This document shows, piece after piece, positions 14,501-26,500 of a DNA stretch of 64,000 nucleotides (positions within the stretch are counted from its first letter, which is position 1; every line of letters starts with the position of its first letter). This DNA is from Chiloscyllium plagiosum (taxonomy: Eukaryota). The notes beneath the pieces were generated by a model. It did not search any database. It saw only the letters and a program-made list of their open reading frames with translations, and was not told the DNA's origin. The DNA is taken from the NCBI RefSeq assembly GCF_004010195.1, contig NC_057719.1, positions 47,679,808 through 47,743,807 on the forward strand, given 5' to 3'. Made by a program: the position numbers and the translations under genes.

Positions 14501-17500
14501 GACGCCAGATAGAAACATATTGGATTAACCAAGTCTGGAGATGACAGGTCATGGATGAAAGTTTGAAGAATAATGGACTCATAAGGATAGAGGAAAAGAG
14601 AGAAAGAATTCAACATCATTCTGGATATGGTGGACTGCACATTGTCAATCACCTGGATTTTTTTGACTTGGAAAAGACTTGCAAAAGAAATAAATTTGGG
14701 AAAAATGCATCGTTTGCTCCCAAATAATATTCCTCCAAACAAAAGGGTTTAGAGGGATAAGGGCCAAGTGCTAGCAAATGGGACTAGATTAGGTTAGGAT
14801 ATCTCATCGGCACGAACGAGTTGGACCGTAGGGTCTGTTTCCGTGCACTATATCTTTATGACTTTAATGAATGAGCCAGAGGTCAAAGAAGAACAATATC
14901 AAGACTGCAGATCTGTAAATTTCAATGTTACTGATGTAGAACCCTTTAGCTATTAACAACTACTTGCTCTATACTGCATCTCAAACAGCAACTGGCAATG
15001 AATATCATGATCTCGTAATGATTTAAAGGCATTTTAGAGGCATAAATTAAAATTTGTTTTGAAACCAATTTTATGGACTGAAAGAAAATGATCCAACTGA
15101 GAATGAGGACTTGGCCAAATTAAATACAGACGGTAGGAAAGCAGGGAGGAGTAGGGAAGAATAGAATTATATTTAAAAACATACACAATTCCATCAAGCC
15201 AGAACAAGAAATTAACTCTGGTTCAAAGAATTCAGGAGGATATGCAGGAGTAGCACTAGACGTATCTAAAATAAGGTATCAGTCTGAAGTTACAACACAG
15301 GAGTTTACATGTCAAACGTAGCATGCATTATTAGAGTTAAGTGATTCCACAAACAACAAATCAGATCTAAGTTTTGTAGCCCTGCCATGTCAAGTGGTAG
15401 TGGGCAATTAAGCAACTGACAGAAGGAGACAAATCCATAAATATTCCATCCTCAACAGAAGACAGGGGCCAGCAAAAGGCAAAACTGAAACATTTGCATC
15501 CATCTTCTTCCAGGAGTGCTGAGTGAGTGATTCATCATGGCCTACACCTGAGGTCCTCAGTACCACAGATGAGAAGGGAAACGTGAGACTGATGTCAGCC
15601 AATGACCTTTTTCATCTCTAACTATCTTTTAATTCACACTTGTAATTTTAAGGAGAAGAACCTGTTGCATTCTGATTTTTGGTGGGAATTCAAAGAATGC
15701 AGTCAAACAAAATTAAAAGGATATCTTGTCTGAAAATAAATTATTTTTCTAGGATGTAGCAAGCAAGATAAACAGTAATCGAGTTTTGAGAAGATGAGGA
15801 AGGACACCACTTCAACTGGGACAACACATCCATCCTAGGACAAGCCAAACGAAGACACGCACGAGAATTCCTAGAAGCATGGCATTCCAACCAGAAATCT
15901 ATCAACAAACACATTGACTTAGACCCAATCTACCACCCCCTGAGAAAAAGAACAGGAAATGACACCACCACAGGAAATGACATCACCAACCCGAAGAAAC
16001 CCAAACATATCAACAGAAAGCAGGGATCATCAGCATCCAAAGGCTCACTGAAGATGTTACCTAGTATGGTGATGAAACGCCTGAAAATGAACCTTCCAGC
16101 TCAGCAAGCAAACCTACATCCATAAACAGTAATCGTATTGCATTTGGATTTTTAAAAGGCATCTGATGAGGTGCACCAGGTGTCACATCTCAGGCACTGT
16201 ATTGACAGGGTAGCAAGGAAACCTAATAAAAGTAGATGTTAATGTTCAACAGCCTTGACTTACAAGTAGTGGGGGGCAGAATACATGTCAATGTTTTACT
16301 ACTTAGGTGAACAAAAAAAAGAGAGATTGAAGGAGTTTGGCAACAGGTTAATAAATATAATTAGAACACTTCTAGAATGCAAACTTGAAATGGTTGAACC
16401 TGCCTGTGTCTGTTTTTTAAACTTGTATGCATTTTATAGAGTGATTCACTATAATACCCTAAAATGGCATCACACTAATGACCACCAGTTTGGACAGGAT
16501 GAGAATCTATATCAAAGTTTGTTATAGCATAGCACAAATGAGTAATCTTATTTACAAATGACTGGCGTAGAAAATTAAAGTATATATGATCTAAGGCATG
16601 CTGTTGCTTTACTTTTCATTTCACGAAACAATTATGGACTTAGGACTGCTTGCTTCAATGCAATTGGTCAGAACAATAAACTCAATATAAAGCACAAAGT
16701 ACAATGGTTCAGAAAGAACTTTTAAAATGTACCTCGATGATAAGAAATCAATAGCTGCTCCCCATGACCTGACATAGCGACCACAGGCCCCATAAGACTG
16801 AAGAGCTCCTTTTGTACACCACCAATGCTGAAGATGCGAACAATTTGAGCATTTGTCGTAACAGCAGCCCAGCCTTGACCTAAACAAATGGCTTCAATGT
16901 TTTCATTGTTTGGCATATCCACCATCCATTCTTTGTTTGCATCCCTGGAGTTGAAGTGAATACACTGGAGTGTGCTGATGGACAGATGGAAAAGCATAGT
17001 GTCTTAATATACACAATAACTTCCTTTCCCAAGAGCACTTTAATATTTTCTCATGCAGGGATTTAAAGAAAACATACAGATTTAACTTCAATAAGCTGAA
17101 CGGATTGGAACAGATAAAGATCGTTTAGCTTTCCCCAAGAGTTCAGCAGGTTAAGGTAGTGAATTGCTGAATCATGCAGGTTAAGAACACCCCAGCTCAA
17201 TCCCCGGTCTGTGCAGAGTTTACCGAACGGTCAGTGTGGCAGCAATAACATGTCAGTTTTGCTTAGGCATTAATCCTTGGTTAACCATTTGATTTTAAAA
17301 GCCACTATAATTTTAAAAATATATCATTTAGGTGGACAGTGAAGAGACCTTTCATTGTCAGAGGTGATATCTTTTGGTACAGCAAATCATTTTATATGAA
17401 CCAGAGGACTAATAATGCTTTCTCAATCAACACAATTAAAACTGATTATCTGATCAATCATTCATTTGGTGAATATATATGACATCTTGCTATGTTCAGA

Positions 17501-20500
17501 TTGGCTGCCATGTTTAGCTATCTCACAGCTCTTTAAAAATATGCAGAGGAAATGGCACAATATAATTGTAAATTTCCACATGACAGTAAGTCTAATCCCT
17601 TTTCTCCAGCCAGAGGACTAAGTATGCAAAGTTTCAGCTCCTAATCACCTTCCGACAAGTCCTGCTGCAAATGAACATCAGTGGACCTTGCGTCAAGATC
17701 ACATCAAGCTCACCTGTGATACCTGTTACAGTTTAAAAGCCTGCTTACGCTCCCTATCAAGGTTCCCTTATAGCCACCATGGCAAGATACATTCGGATTG
17801 GTATAAATCTAGTCATTTCCATCGGTTCCAACAACATCTATCCTTCCTCAATCTGCTCCACTTTCCTAAACATATTATTCAATATGAATTCAGACCCAGT
17901 TGGAAATTTCATGGGGTGGTGGTATTTCCCATTCTGCAAATAAATAAAGCACAATATTCAATAAATAAAAGCAAATTACTGCAGATGCTGGAATCTGAAA
18001 CCAAGAGAAAATGCTGGAAAATCTCAGCAGGTCTGGCAGCATCTGCAAGGAGAGAAAAGAGCTGACGTTTCAAGTCTAACTGACCCTTTGTCAAAGCTGA
18101 TTGGTTTCAGATTCCAGCATCCACAGTAATTTGCTTTTATCCAGTGTTTAACCCACTGCCACCTCTCTTCCAGGAATGCCTACCGTGAAGAAGTACTGCT
18201 CTTTTCTCCGACAGGATTTTCATTTGTCTCTCTCCCCCTGTCCACCTTCACTGCTTTCCTTTTCTCTTTCGGTGTTAGACAAGCACAATATTCACCCCAG
18301 TTAACAGAAGATGCTTAGGTATCATCAGTTCAAACACATCAGCCAGGATCCAGTAATACCTAAGAGCCAAGGCCTCAACACTAGGCTCCTATGCTTCCCA
18401 CTTCCCCCTCCATTTTTGGAGGCTGTGCTTTGAGACAAATAGACTCCAAATCTCTGGATTCCTTTATGACCCTCTTTAAAAGCCATTTCTCCAGCTATCA
18501 TTTTGGCAATGGCACCCAATGTACACTTTCATTCAATGCCATTTTTCTTATGAATCTGTTAAGCATCTTAGGGCACTACACAAATCCAAATCCGAAACAA
18601 GTCACAGAGTCGTAGAGATGTAGAGCACGGAAACGGACCTTTTGGTCCAACTCAACCATGCCAACCTGATATCCCAAATTAATCTAGTCCCATTTGCCAG
18701 CATTTGACCCATATCCCTCTAAATCCTTCCTGCTCATATACCCATCTAGATGCCTTTTAAATGTTGTAATTGGACCAGCCTCTACCACTTTCAAGTGTTA
18801 TTGGCACACCTTTGCACACCTTCTGATCCTGCTCCTGTATTCAACTATTTTGAGAATCAAACCACAATGCCACAAAGGCCGTTACCAGATTTAGCATCCT
18901 GTCAAAGCCACTACCATTACAAATAAAAGGGCCTGTGCCCACCAATTAAAAGGAGTTCATGTGGGCCACAATCAGTCCACAGACTGCATTTTGGAAAATG
19001 TCAATAAAATTATGGGGCTTTGTTTTGGTTAACATAGAAGGCAAATACTGACTGTAAATATTTAACACACTCAGTGGTACAGCACAAACCAAACTTCAAG
19101 TATTATTTTTAAAATCCCATACTTTTACCTTGGCACTTCATCAGTTTTTACACACGCTAGTAGCACTGCTTCATGTGATAAATCAGCCATGGTGTGATTC
19201 AGAACATTACTCAAGTGTATTGCATGATGTACTGAAGTATCGTGGAATTCTACATCTATAGCATTATCTTGCTCATCACTGTAACAGCGAATAATACCAA
19301 TGGAATTCCACACCTAAAAAATAAAACAGATACAATTTTTTATTAAGAAGGAACACTGTGGCAGAGAATTAACAAGAACAATGCAGTTGTTGTGGGTATA
19401 TTCACCAAACTGAGAAGTTGGTTTGGAGACATTCCTCCTGCTCCTTTGATGCCGCCTGACCTGCTGCGCTTTTCCAGCAACACATTTTTCAGCCCTATCT
19501 GGGTGACATCCTCAGTGCTGTGGGGCCTCCTGTGAAGCGCTGCTGTATTGTGTCAGTTGGAATTCAGTTGGTTTCATTCCCACTGCTTCCAGTTGTTCAT
19601 TGTAGTGGTTGGTATATTGGGTCTAGGTCAAATGTGTTTATTGATGGAGTCTGTGGATGAATGCCATGCTTCTAGAAGTTCTATGGCTGTCCTGTGGTTG
19701 GCTTAGCCTAGTACTGTTGTGTCAAATACTACCACCGTGTCAGGTATAGACCACCTATCAACAACCCACATGCCAGAGCTGAGGATATCACCTAGAAAGG
19801 GGATGAAACATCTGCAAAATAACTTCCCAACTCGCCAAACTTATCCACAGAAACTGCAACCAGCACCCAAGCTACAAAACCTTTACACAAACATTTAACA
19901 ATAACAATGTCCAAAAATCAGCAACTACACGAAAACCATTTAACCTTTATTCAGAGAAAACTTTATGGGCCATGTGGGGTTAAGACAATTGCAAAATTAT
20001 CTCTTAACTGTTTTAGAATTTTGAAGCTGGATTGCAACAATTTGAAAGACAAATGAGACTTTAGCTCTCAAATCTTTACGGCTACACCATTAAGCATGGT
20101 CTACCTCAGACAACTGACTTTGATCCCATTGAAAGGGATCATACTCTAAAACATGATATCTGTCTAATTTATATTTCCCAACATTTGCATTAGAACTGTT
20201 GTCTAGTAATGATTAGGGGATTTTTAAAATTATGGTGTACAGACTGTTATCTTTATTTTTTAAAAAGCTGTGGACTGAAATATATGGAGGTGGATAAATC
20301 TCCTGGTCCTGACCAGATATATCCAAGAACTGTGAAAGAGGCTAGAGAAGAAACTGTGGGGGCCCTGGCTGATACTTTTGCATCATTGTTAGCCATGGCT
20401 GAGGTCCTGGATGACTACAGGGTAGCAGAATGTCATACCCTTATTCAAGAAGAGCTTCAAAGAAAAACATGGGAACTACAGACCAGTAAGCCTAACATCT

Positions 20501-23500
20501 ATTGTAGATAAATTACTTGAAAAAATTCTGAGGGATAAGATATATATGCATTTGGAAGACAGGGTTTGATTAGGAGTAATCCGCATTGGCTTTGTGCATG
20601 GGAGAGAGATCATGCCTCACAAGTTTGTTAGAGTTCTTTGATAAATGACCAGGAAGGTTGATGAGGACAGGGTGGTAGACATATGGATTTCAGTAAGGCC
20701 TTTGATAAGGTTCCACATAGTAGGTTGCTCTGAAAGGTTAGACCGTATGGAATCCAGGGAGAGCTGGCAAATTGGATACACAATTGGCTTAATGGTAGGA
20801 AGCAGAGGGGAATAGTGGAAGGATCCTTGTCGGATTGGAGACCTGTAACTAGTGGTGTACCTCAGAGGTCAGTGCTGAGTCTTTTGCTGTTTGTTATCTA
20901 TATTCATGATTTGGATGAGAATGTACAAGGAATTGTATATTAGTAAGTTTGCTGATGACACTAAAATAGGCGGTATTGTGACAGTGAGGAAGGTTATCAG
21001 AAATTGCAGCAGCACTTTTATCAGATGGGGGAAGTGGGCCAAGAAATGGCAAAAGCAGTTAAATATAGATTAGTGTGGGATGTTGGATTTTGGGAAGTCA
21101 AATCAAATAGGAATTTCTTGGCGAATGGCAGGCCCTTAAGGAATATAGCAGAACAGATGGACCTTGGAGTTAAGATGCACTTGGAGTATTGTGTTCAGTT
21201 TTGGTCATCCTGTTATAAGAAGGACATTATTTAACTGGAAAGAGTGCAGAGGAAATTTACAAGGATGTTGCCAAGGCTCAATGGTCTGAGTTATAGGAAG
21301 TGGTTGGACAAGCTAGAACATTTTTCTTTAGAGCATAGGAGACTGAAAGGGATCTTGTAGAAACGTATAAGATCATGAGAGGCATGGATAACACGATGCA
21401 CTCAATCTTTTTCACAGGGTTGGGGAACTGAGGACTAGAGGGCATCAGTTTAAGGTGAGAGGGGAAAGTATAAAAGGGAACCTGAGGGGCAATCTTTTTT
21501 TGACACAGAGGATGGTACACATACAGAATGAGCGGCCAGCAGAAATGGTTGAGGTGGGTACATTAACAACATTTAAAAGGCATTTGGATAAATGCATGGA
21601 TAGGAAATGTTTACAAGGTTATGGTCCAAGTGCAGGGAAATGGGGTTAGCGTGGATGTACATTTTGTTTGGCATACACCAGTTTGGGCCGAAGGGCCTGT
21701 CTCTTATGCTGTAGGTGTCTATGACCAAGAAATGAGAAAGAACTGTTTTAAAACCAGTGTTAGTAAAGGATGGCTGTATGGTTTGAAAACAAGTAACCCA
21801 ACATCCATGGCCAGCATTATGATGTTCAACTGGTTGTACAAGTACTAACTGAAGTGGCTACAGATGAAATTGGGGGGGGGGGGGGGGGGAAAGAGGAGAA
21901 GAGTGGGTGGTGGCAGGTGGTAGTATTCTGTGAAGACAAGCAGCCGGTTGGAATAAATAGTAATTCTACTTAAGTACAGAATCTGGGCTGGGCTTTCTAC
22001 CAACCTGGGACTTAAAAGTCAGGTAAATTGGGGAAACTTTACATATTTTTCAAGGTCTTTAACTTTCATGATGACTTCAGGAACAAGGCTCGATTTCGAA
22101 CACACTACCTCAGTACCTGAGTCATGACAAAACGTCACTTCAAAAAAGATATCACTGGTGTAACAGTACTCCAAGAAGAGCAAGAAGTTCTCCTAGTTTC
22201 CTGATCAAATACATTCCTTCAACCAACACCACCACAAACAAATGAACTGCTCCTTCATTTTATTGCTGTTTCTGAAATATTCAGCAAGCAGCTGCTGTCA
22301 TAAATCAAATTTCAAAGTACTTCAGCATAATATTTGAGATAAGTTTGCAATCTTTTCTTGTAAAATCTATAAAGTGTAATAATTTCTAAGATAATGTGAT
22401 CACTTATCTGTGTATTTCACCTTTAAGGCAGGATATGAAAAAAATTAAAAGCAATGGTACTTGAGCTTACCATGAACCGATGCTGGAGATAAGAGGGAGT
22501 GGAACAAGGTTGAAAAGGTTTTTGTTGTGGTGTTGGCACTGGTCCAGAGTATCCTACAACTGTTGGTGCAGTTTGTGCAACAGTAGTTCGGGCATTGTCA
22601 TCGTCATCATCATCATTATCCATTTCTTCTAATTGGGTGGAAGATCCAATATCTAGAATAAATGTATAAACCTTAAATTGTTATTTGAACATCAGGTGTC
22701 ACTCTCCCCACCCAAATATACAACTAAAGTAAACATTATTTTATTTTAAGGTTTTGAACGTCTGAAGGATAACTTTGTACTCATTAATATGCATGTGAAG
22801 AATTGCCATATTTTCCCTTTTGATATTACATGAAGTGCTTTGTTTAATTTATTCACAAAATATGTGCATTACTGGCTAGGTCAGCAATTATTGCCTATCC
22901 TTAGCTGCTCAAGAATCAGAGTCATTGAATCAAAGAACCTCTACAATGTGGAAGGAGGCCTTTTGGCCCACTGAGTCCTCCAAAGAATATCCCACCCAGA
23001 CCCAGCACCCCATAATCCCACATCGACCATAGCTAATCCTCCTAGCCTATACATCCCTGAACATGGACAATTTCAGCATAGCCAATCCACCTAACCTACA
23101 TCTTTCCTCCCACATCTTTGGAGTGTGGGAAACCGGAGCACCCGGAGAAAACCCACACAGGCACAGGAAGAATGTGCAAACTGGACACAGACAGACAGTC
23201 ACCCGAGGCGAGAATTGAACCTGGATCCTTGGAGTTGAGGCAGCATGCTAACCACTGAGCCACCATGCCGCCCCAAAAATGCTGTCATCTTGAACTGTGA
23301 CACACCATGGAGACTTGGCACACCCAGTGCTGTTAGGGAGTTGCAGGTTACAGATTAACAAAAATGCTTCTTGGGATGAGGAATTTCAGTCAAGTGCATT
23401 GATTGAAAGAGTTGGGTCTGTTTTCCTTCAAGAGAGGGTTGAAAGGAGATTTGATTGTGATTTTCAAAACCAAAAGGACTCTGGACAAAGTGAATAGGGA

Positions 23501-26500
23501 AAAACTACTCCCTCTAGCAGAAGGGATTAAAAATCAGAAGACATCGATTTAGGGTTATTGGCAAAAAAAAAATCAATGCCAAAAGCTTTTATATGGAGTG
23601 AGCAGTTAGTATCTGGTATATACCACCTCAGAGGGCGATGAAGGCAAAATCAAGCAAGATCTTGCTGATGATATAACTGATGATAAGTTAGTCTTGCAGA
23701 GACTGATATGGACATGACTGGCTGAATGGCCTCCTTCTGTGCTTCAACCATTTGATGATTCTATTTAATATTCCTCCTATCTTAAACATCAAAAATAAGA
23801 TTTGAAATGACAATGGATGTGTGTGCATAAAAGTGTATCAGGTATACTTTTGGTGCTGACAATTACTGCGGAATCTAAGAAGAACATAATCGATTATGTT
23901 CTAAGAATGGTCTAGCTAGCTGAATAGCTTTTATTTCATTAAAAGGAATTGTAGTTGGAAAGTAATATCAGAGATTTCTAAAATAAAATTTACCAACATT
24001 TCTTCAAACAGAATAAATTACATATCACGTCGACAACTTCCTTACTTTCACACAAGTTAAATAATCTCAAATGACAAAATAATGAAAATACATAAGCAAA
24101 AATAGCTAACAAATATAAATTCAAATACAATAATAGTATTTACATGTTCAAAGATACTAAATTGGTGGGCAACATGGTGGCACAGTGGTTAGCTCTGCTG
24201 CCTCACAGCGCCAGAGACCCGGGTTCAATTCCCGCCTCAGGCGACTGACTGTGTGGAGTTTGCACATTCTCCCCGTGTCTGCGTGGGTTTCCTCCGGGTG
24301 CTCCGGTTTCCTCCCACAGTCCAAAGATGTGCAGGTCAGGTGAATTGGCCATGCTAAATTGCCCGTAGTGTTAGGTAAGGGGTAAATGTAGGGGTATGGG
24401 TGGATTGCGCTTCGGCGGGACGGTGTGGACTTGTTGGATCGAAAGGCCTGTTTCTACACTGTAAGTAATCTAATCTAATCTAAAAAAATTATTCCTTATT
24501 CCTTACCGTTTGAGTTATCATCTTCAATAGCTCGATTATGTCGAGAACGGTTGACAATCGCCATTACATTATCATCATCACCATCATCGTCATCATCATC
24601 ATCCACTAATGGCTGCCTCATAGGTGATGGGGGTGATAGATTCATGCCTTTTGTTAACAAGTCATTGTCCTCTTCATCAAACAAATCTTCAAATGTGGCA
24701 GCATTTGAATGAGTTGCGTGTTCCTAAATAAAAATGTTTAAAAAATTTGCAGTAACCATGTCCAACAGAACTAATTGAGGTATCTACAAGTTTCTAATTT
24801 GTATAATTTCTCTATGGTGAATAGAATTAATACACTTCAGTACTGTAAACTGCGGAACAGATACACCTATGACGAGGATTTAATGCACTCATGCAAGCGT
24901 GTATACATACACACACAGACACAGTTAATAAAATTGTTTTAATACAAAACTACCAGTTCAAATAAAGTAAGACCTTATAATTATATTACTTTGCTTTAGC
25001 TTATTGCACACTCTACCAGAAATGATGAAGTGACAGCAACAAAATTACAAAAACATCCTTGTGCCTGTATTACTACTATAGACATAAAGTGTTTACCTTG
25101 CTACCAGCACTTGCCAAAACCCCTTCATGAAGACCCAGATTTCCTTCAGCATCTGTATATGCTATACTTTCTTTTGAAGGATGCCATGCCATTGCACAGA
25201 TGCGATAAGACTTCTCATGCTGAAATCTAAAAAACAACATAGTATTACTCACATCATACATTTATCAACCATTTATTAGATTATACTGCAGATAAACTAC
25301 CACTGAAATGGCAAGGGATCAACAGAAAAGTGAGGGCTTAAAAACTCGCATCTTAGACTTCTTTGATATAACACATTATAATTTTAGACCGTTAGTATCT
25401 TAAATACTTGAGCATATAGATCAGTTCTCAAGTGTTGAGCAATTAAACTAGTAAAGATTTTCAGTGCCTTGCCGCTTTTCAATTAATTAATTCAGTTTTA
25501 TGAGCCAAGTGTTAGTATTTTGTTCCAATAAATTGTAAGTTTACATTTTCAATTCCATCACGACAAGTTTCTTTATCTTCAAGTGCATTATTTAGGGTGA
25601 AATGGAAAATTAAAAGTGAAACTGTTTTCAAAGGAGTTAGAGAGAAGCAGAACACCCCTTTTACTTATTCATTGGTCACTACATGACAAAAAGAGAAGTT
25701 CACAGAAAGATATCAAGTTTGCCTACTCTCGCAAAATGACTGGTCCACAGGTTGGACGAAAAGCTAGTTCTGGATATCCAAAGTATGAATTCAAGTTCTT
25801 ATTATTCAATCTCAACGCTTTAAAGACATTTATCTTCCAGGTTTTAGCTACTACTATTAAGTTCAGTCAGCATGTTCAAGACAGCAAACAGCCAATTGTA
25901 TTTTTATTGCATGAGGAGAAAGTGAGGTCTGCAGATGCTGGAGATCAAAGTTGAAACTTTATTGCTGGAACAGCACAGCAGGTCAGGCAGCATCCAGGGA
26001 ACAGGAGATTCGACGTTTCGGGCACAGGCCCTTCTTCAGGAATGAGCAGAGAGTGTTCAGCAGGAGAAGATAAAAGGTAGGGAGGAGGGACTTGGAGGAG
26101 GGGAGTTGGAAATGTCTTCTTCTTGACCTCTCCGCCTCCACCCTACTCCGACCTATCACCCTCACCTTGACCTCTTTCCACCTATCACATTTCCAACGCC
26201 CCTCCTCCAAGTCCCTCCTCCCTACCTTTTATCTTCTCCTGCTGAACACTCTCTGCTCATTCCTGAAGAAGGGCCTGTGCCCGAAACGTCGAATCTCCTG
26301 TTCCCTGGATGCTGCCTGACCTGCTGTGCTGTTCCAGCAATAAAGTTTCAACTTTGATATCCAAATGAATCCAACAAGAACTGGACCAAGCATATGTGGT
26401 ACTCATAATCTTCTTCATCCTAAGTATACGCATGATTTTACTACAACTGCTAAGTATTTCATCAGTAATATTTTCAGCAACATAACACAAAACATCGCAG

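Noticed and set aside
21872..21889. G18 homopolymer / possible G-quadruplex
   Set aside because: Simple intronic run with no further support.
24167..24245. tRNA-like A/B boxes
   Set aside because: Head of an HE1-type SINE, not a tRNA gene.
25983..26319. Two opposite-strand ORFs with identical C-termini
   Set aside because: Consequence of the inverted Penelope termini; no evidence of coding function.
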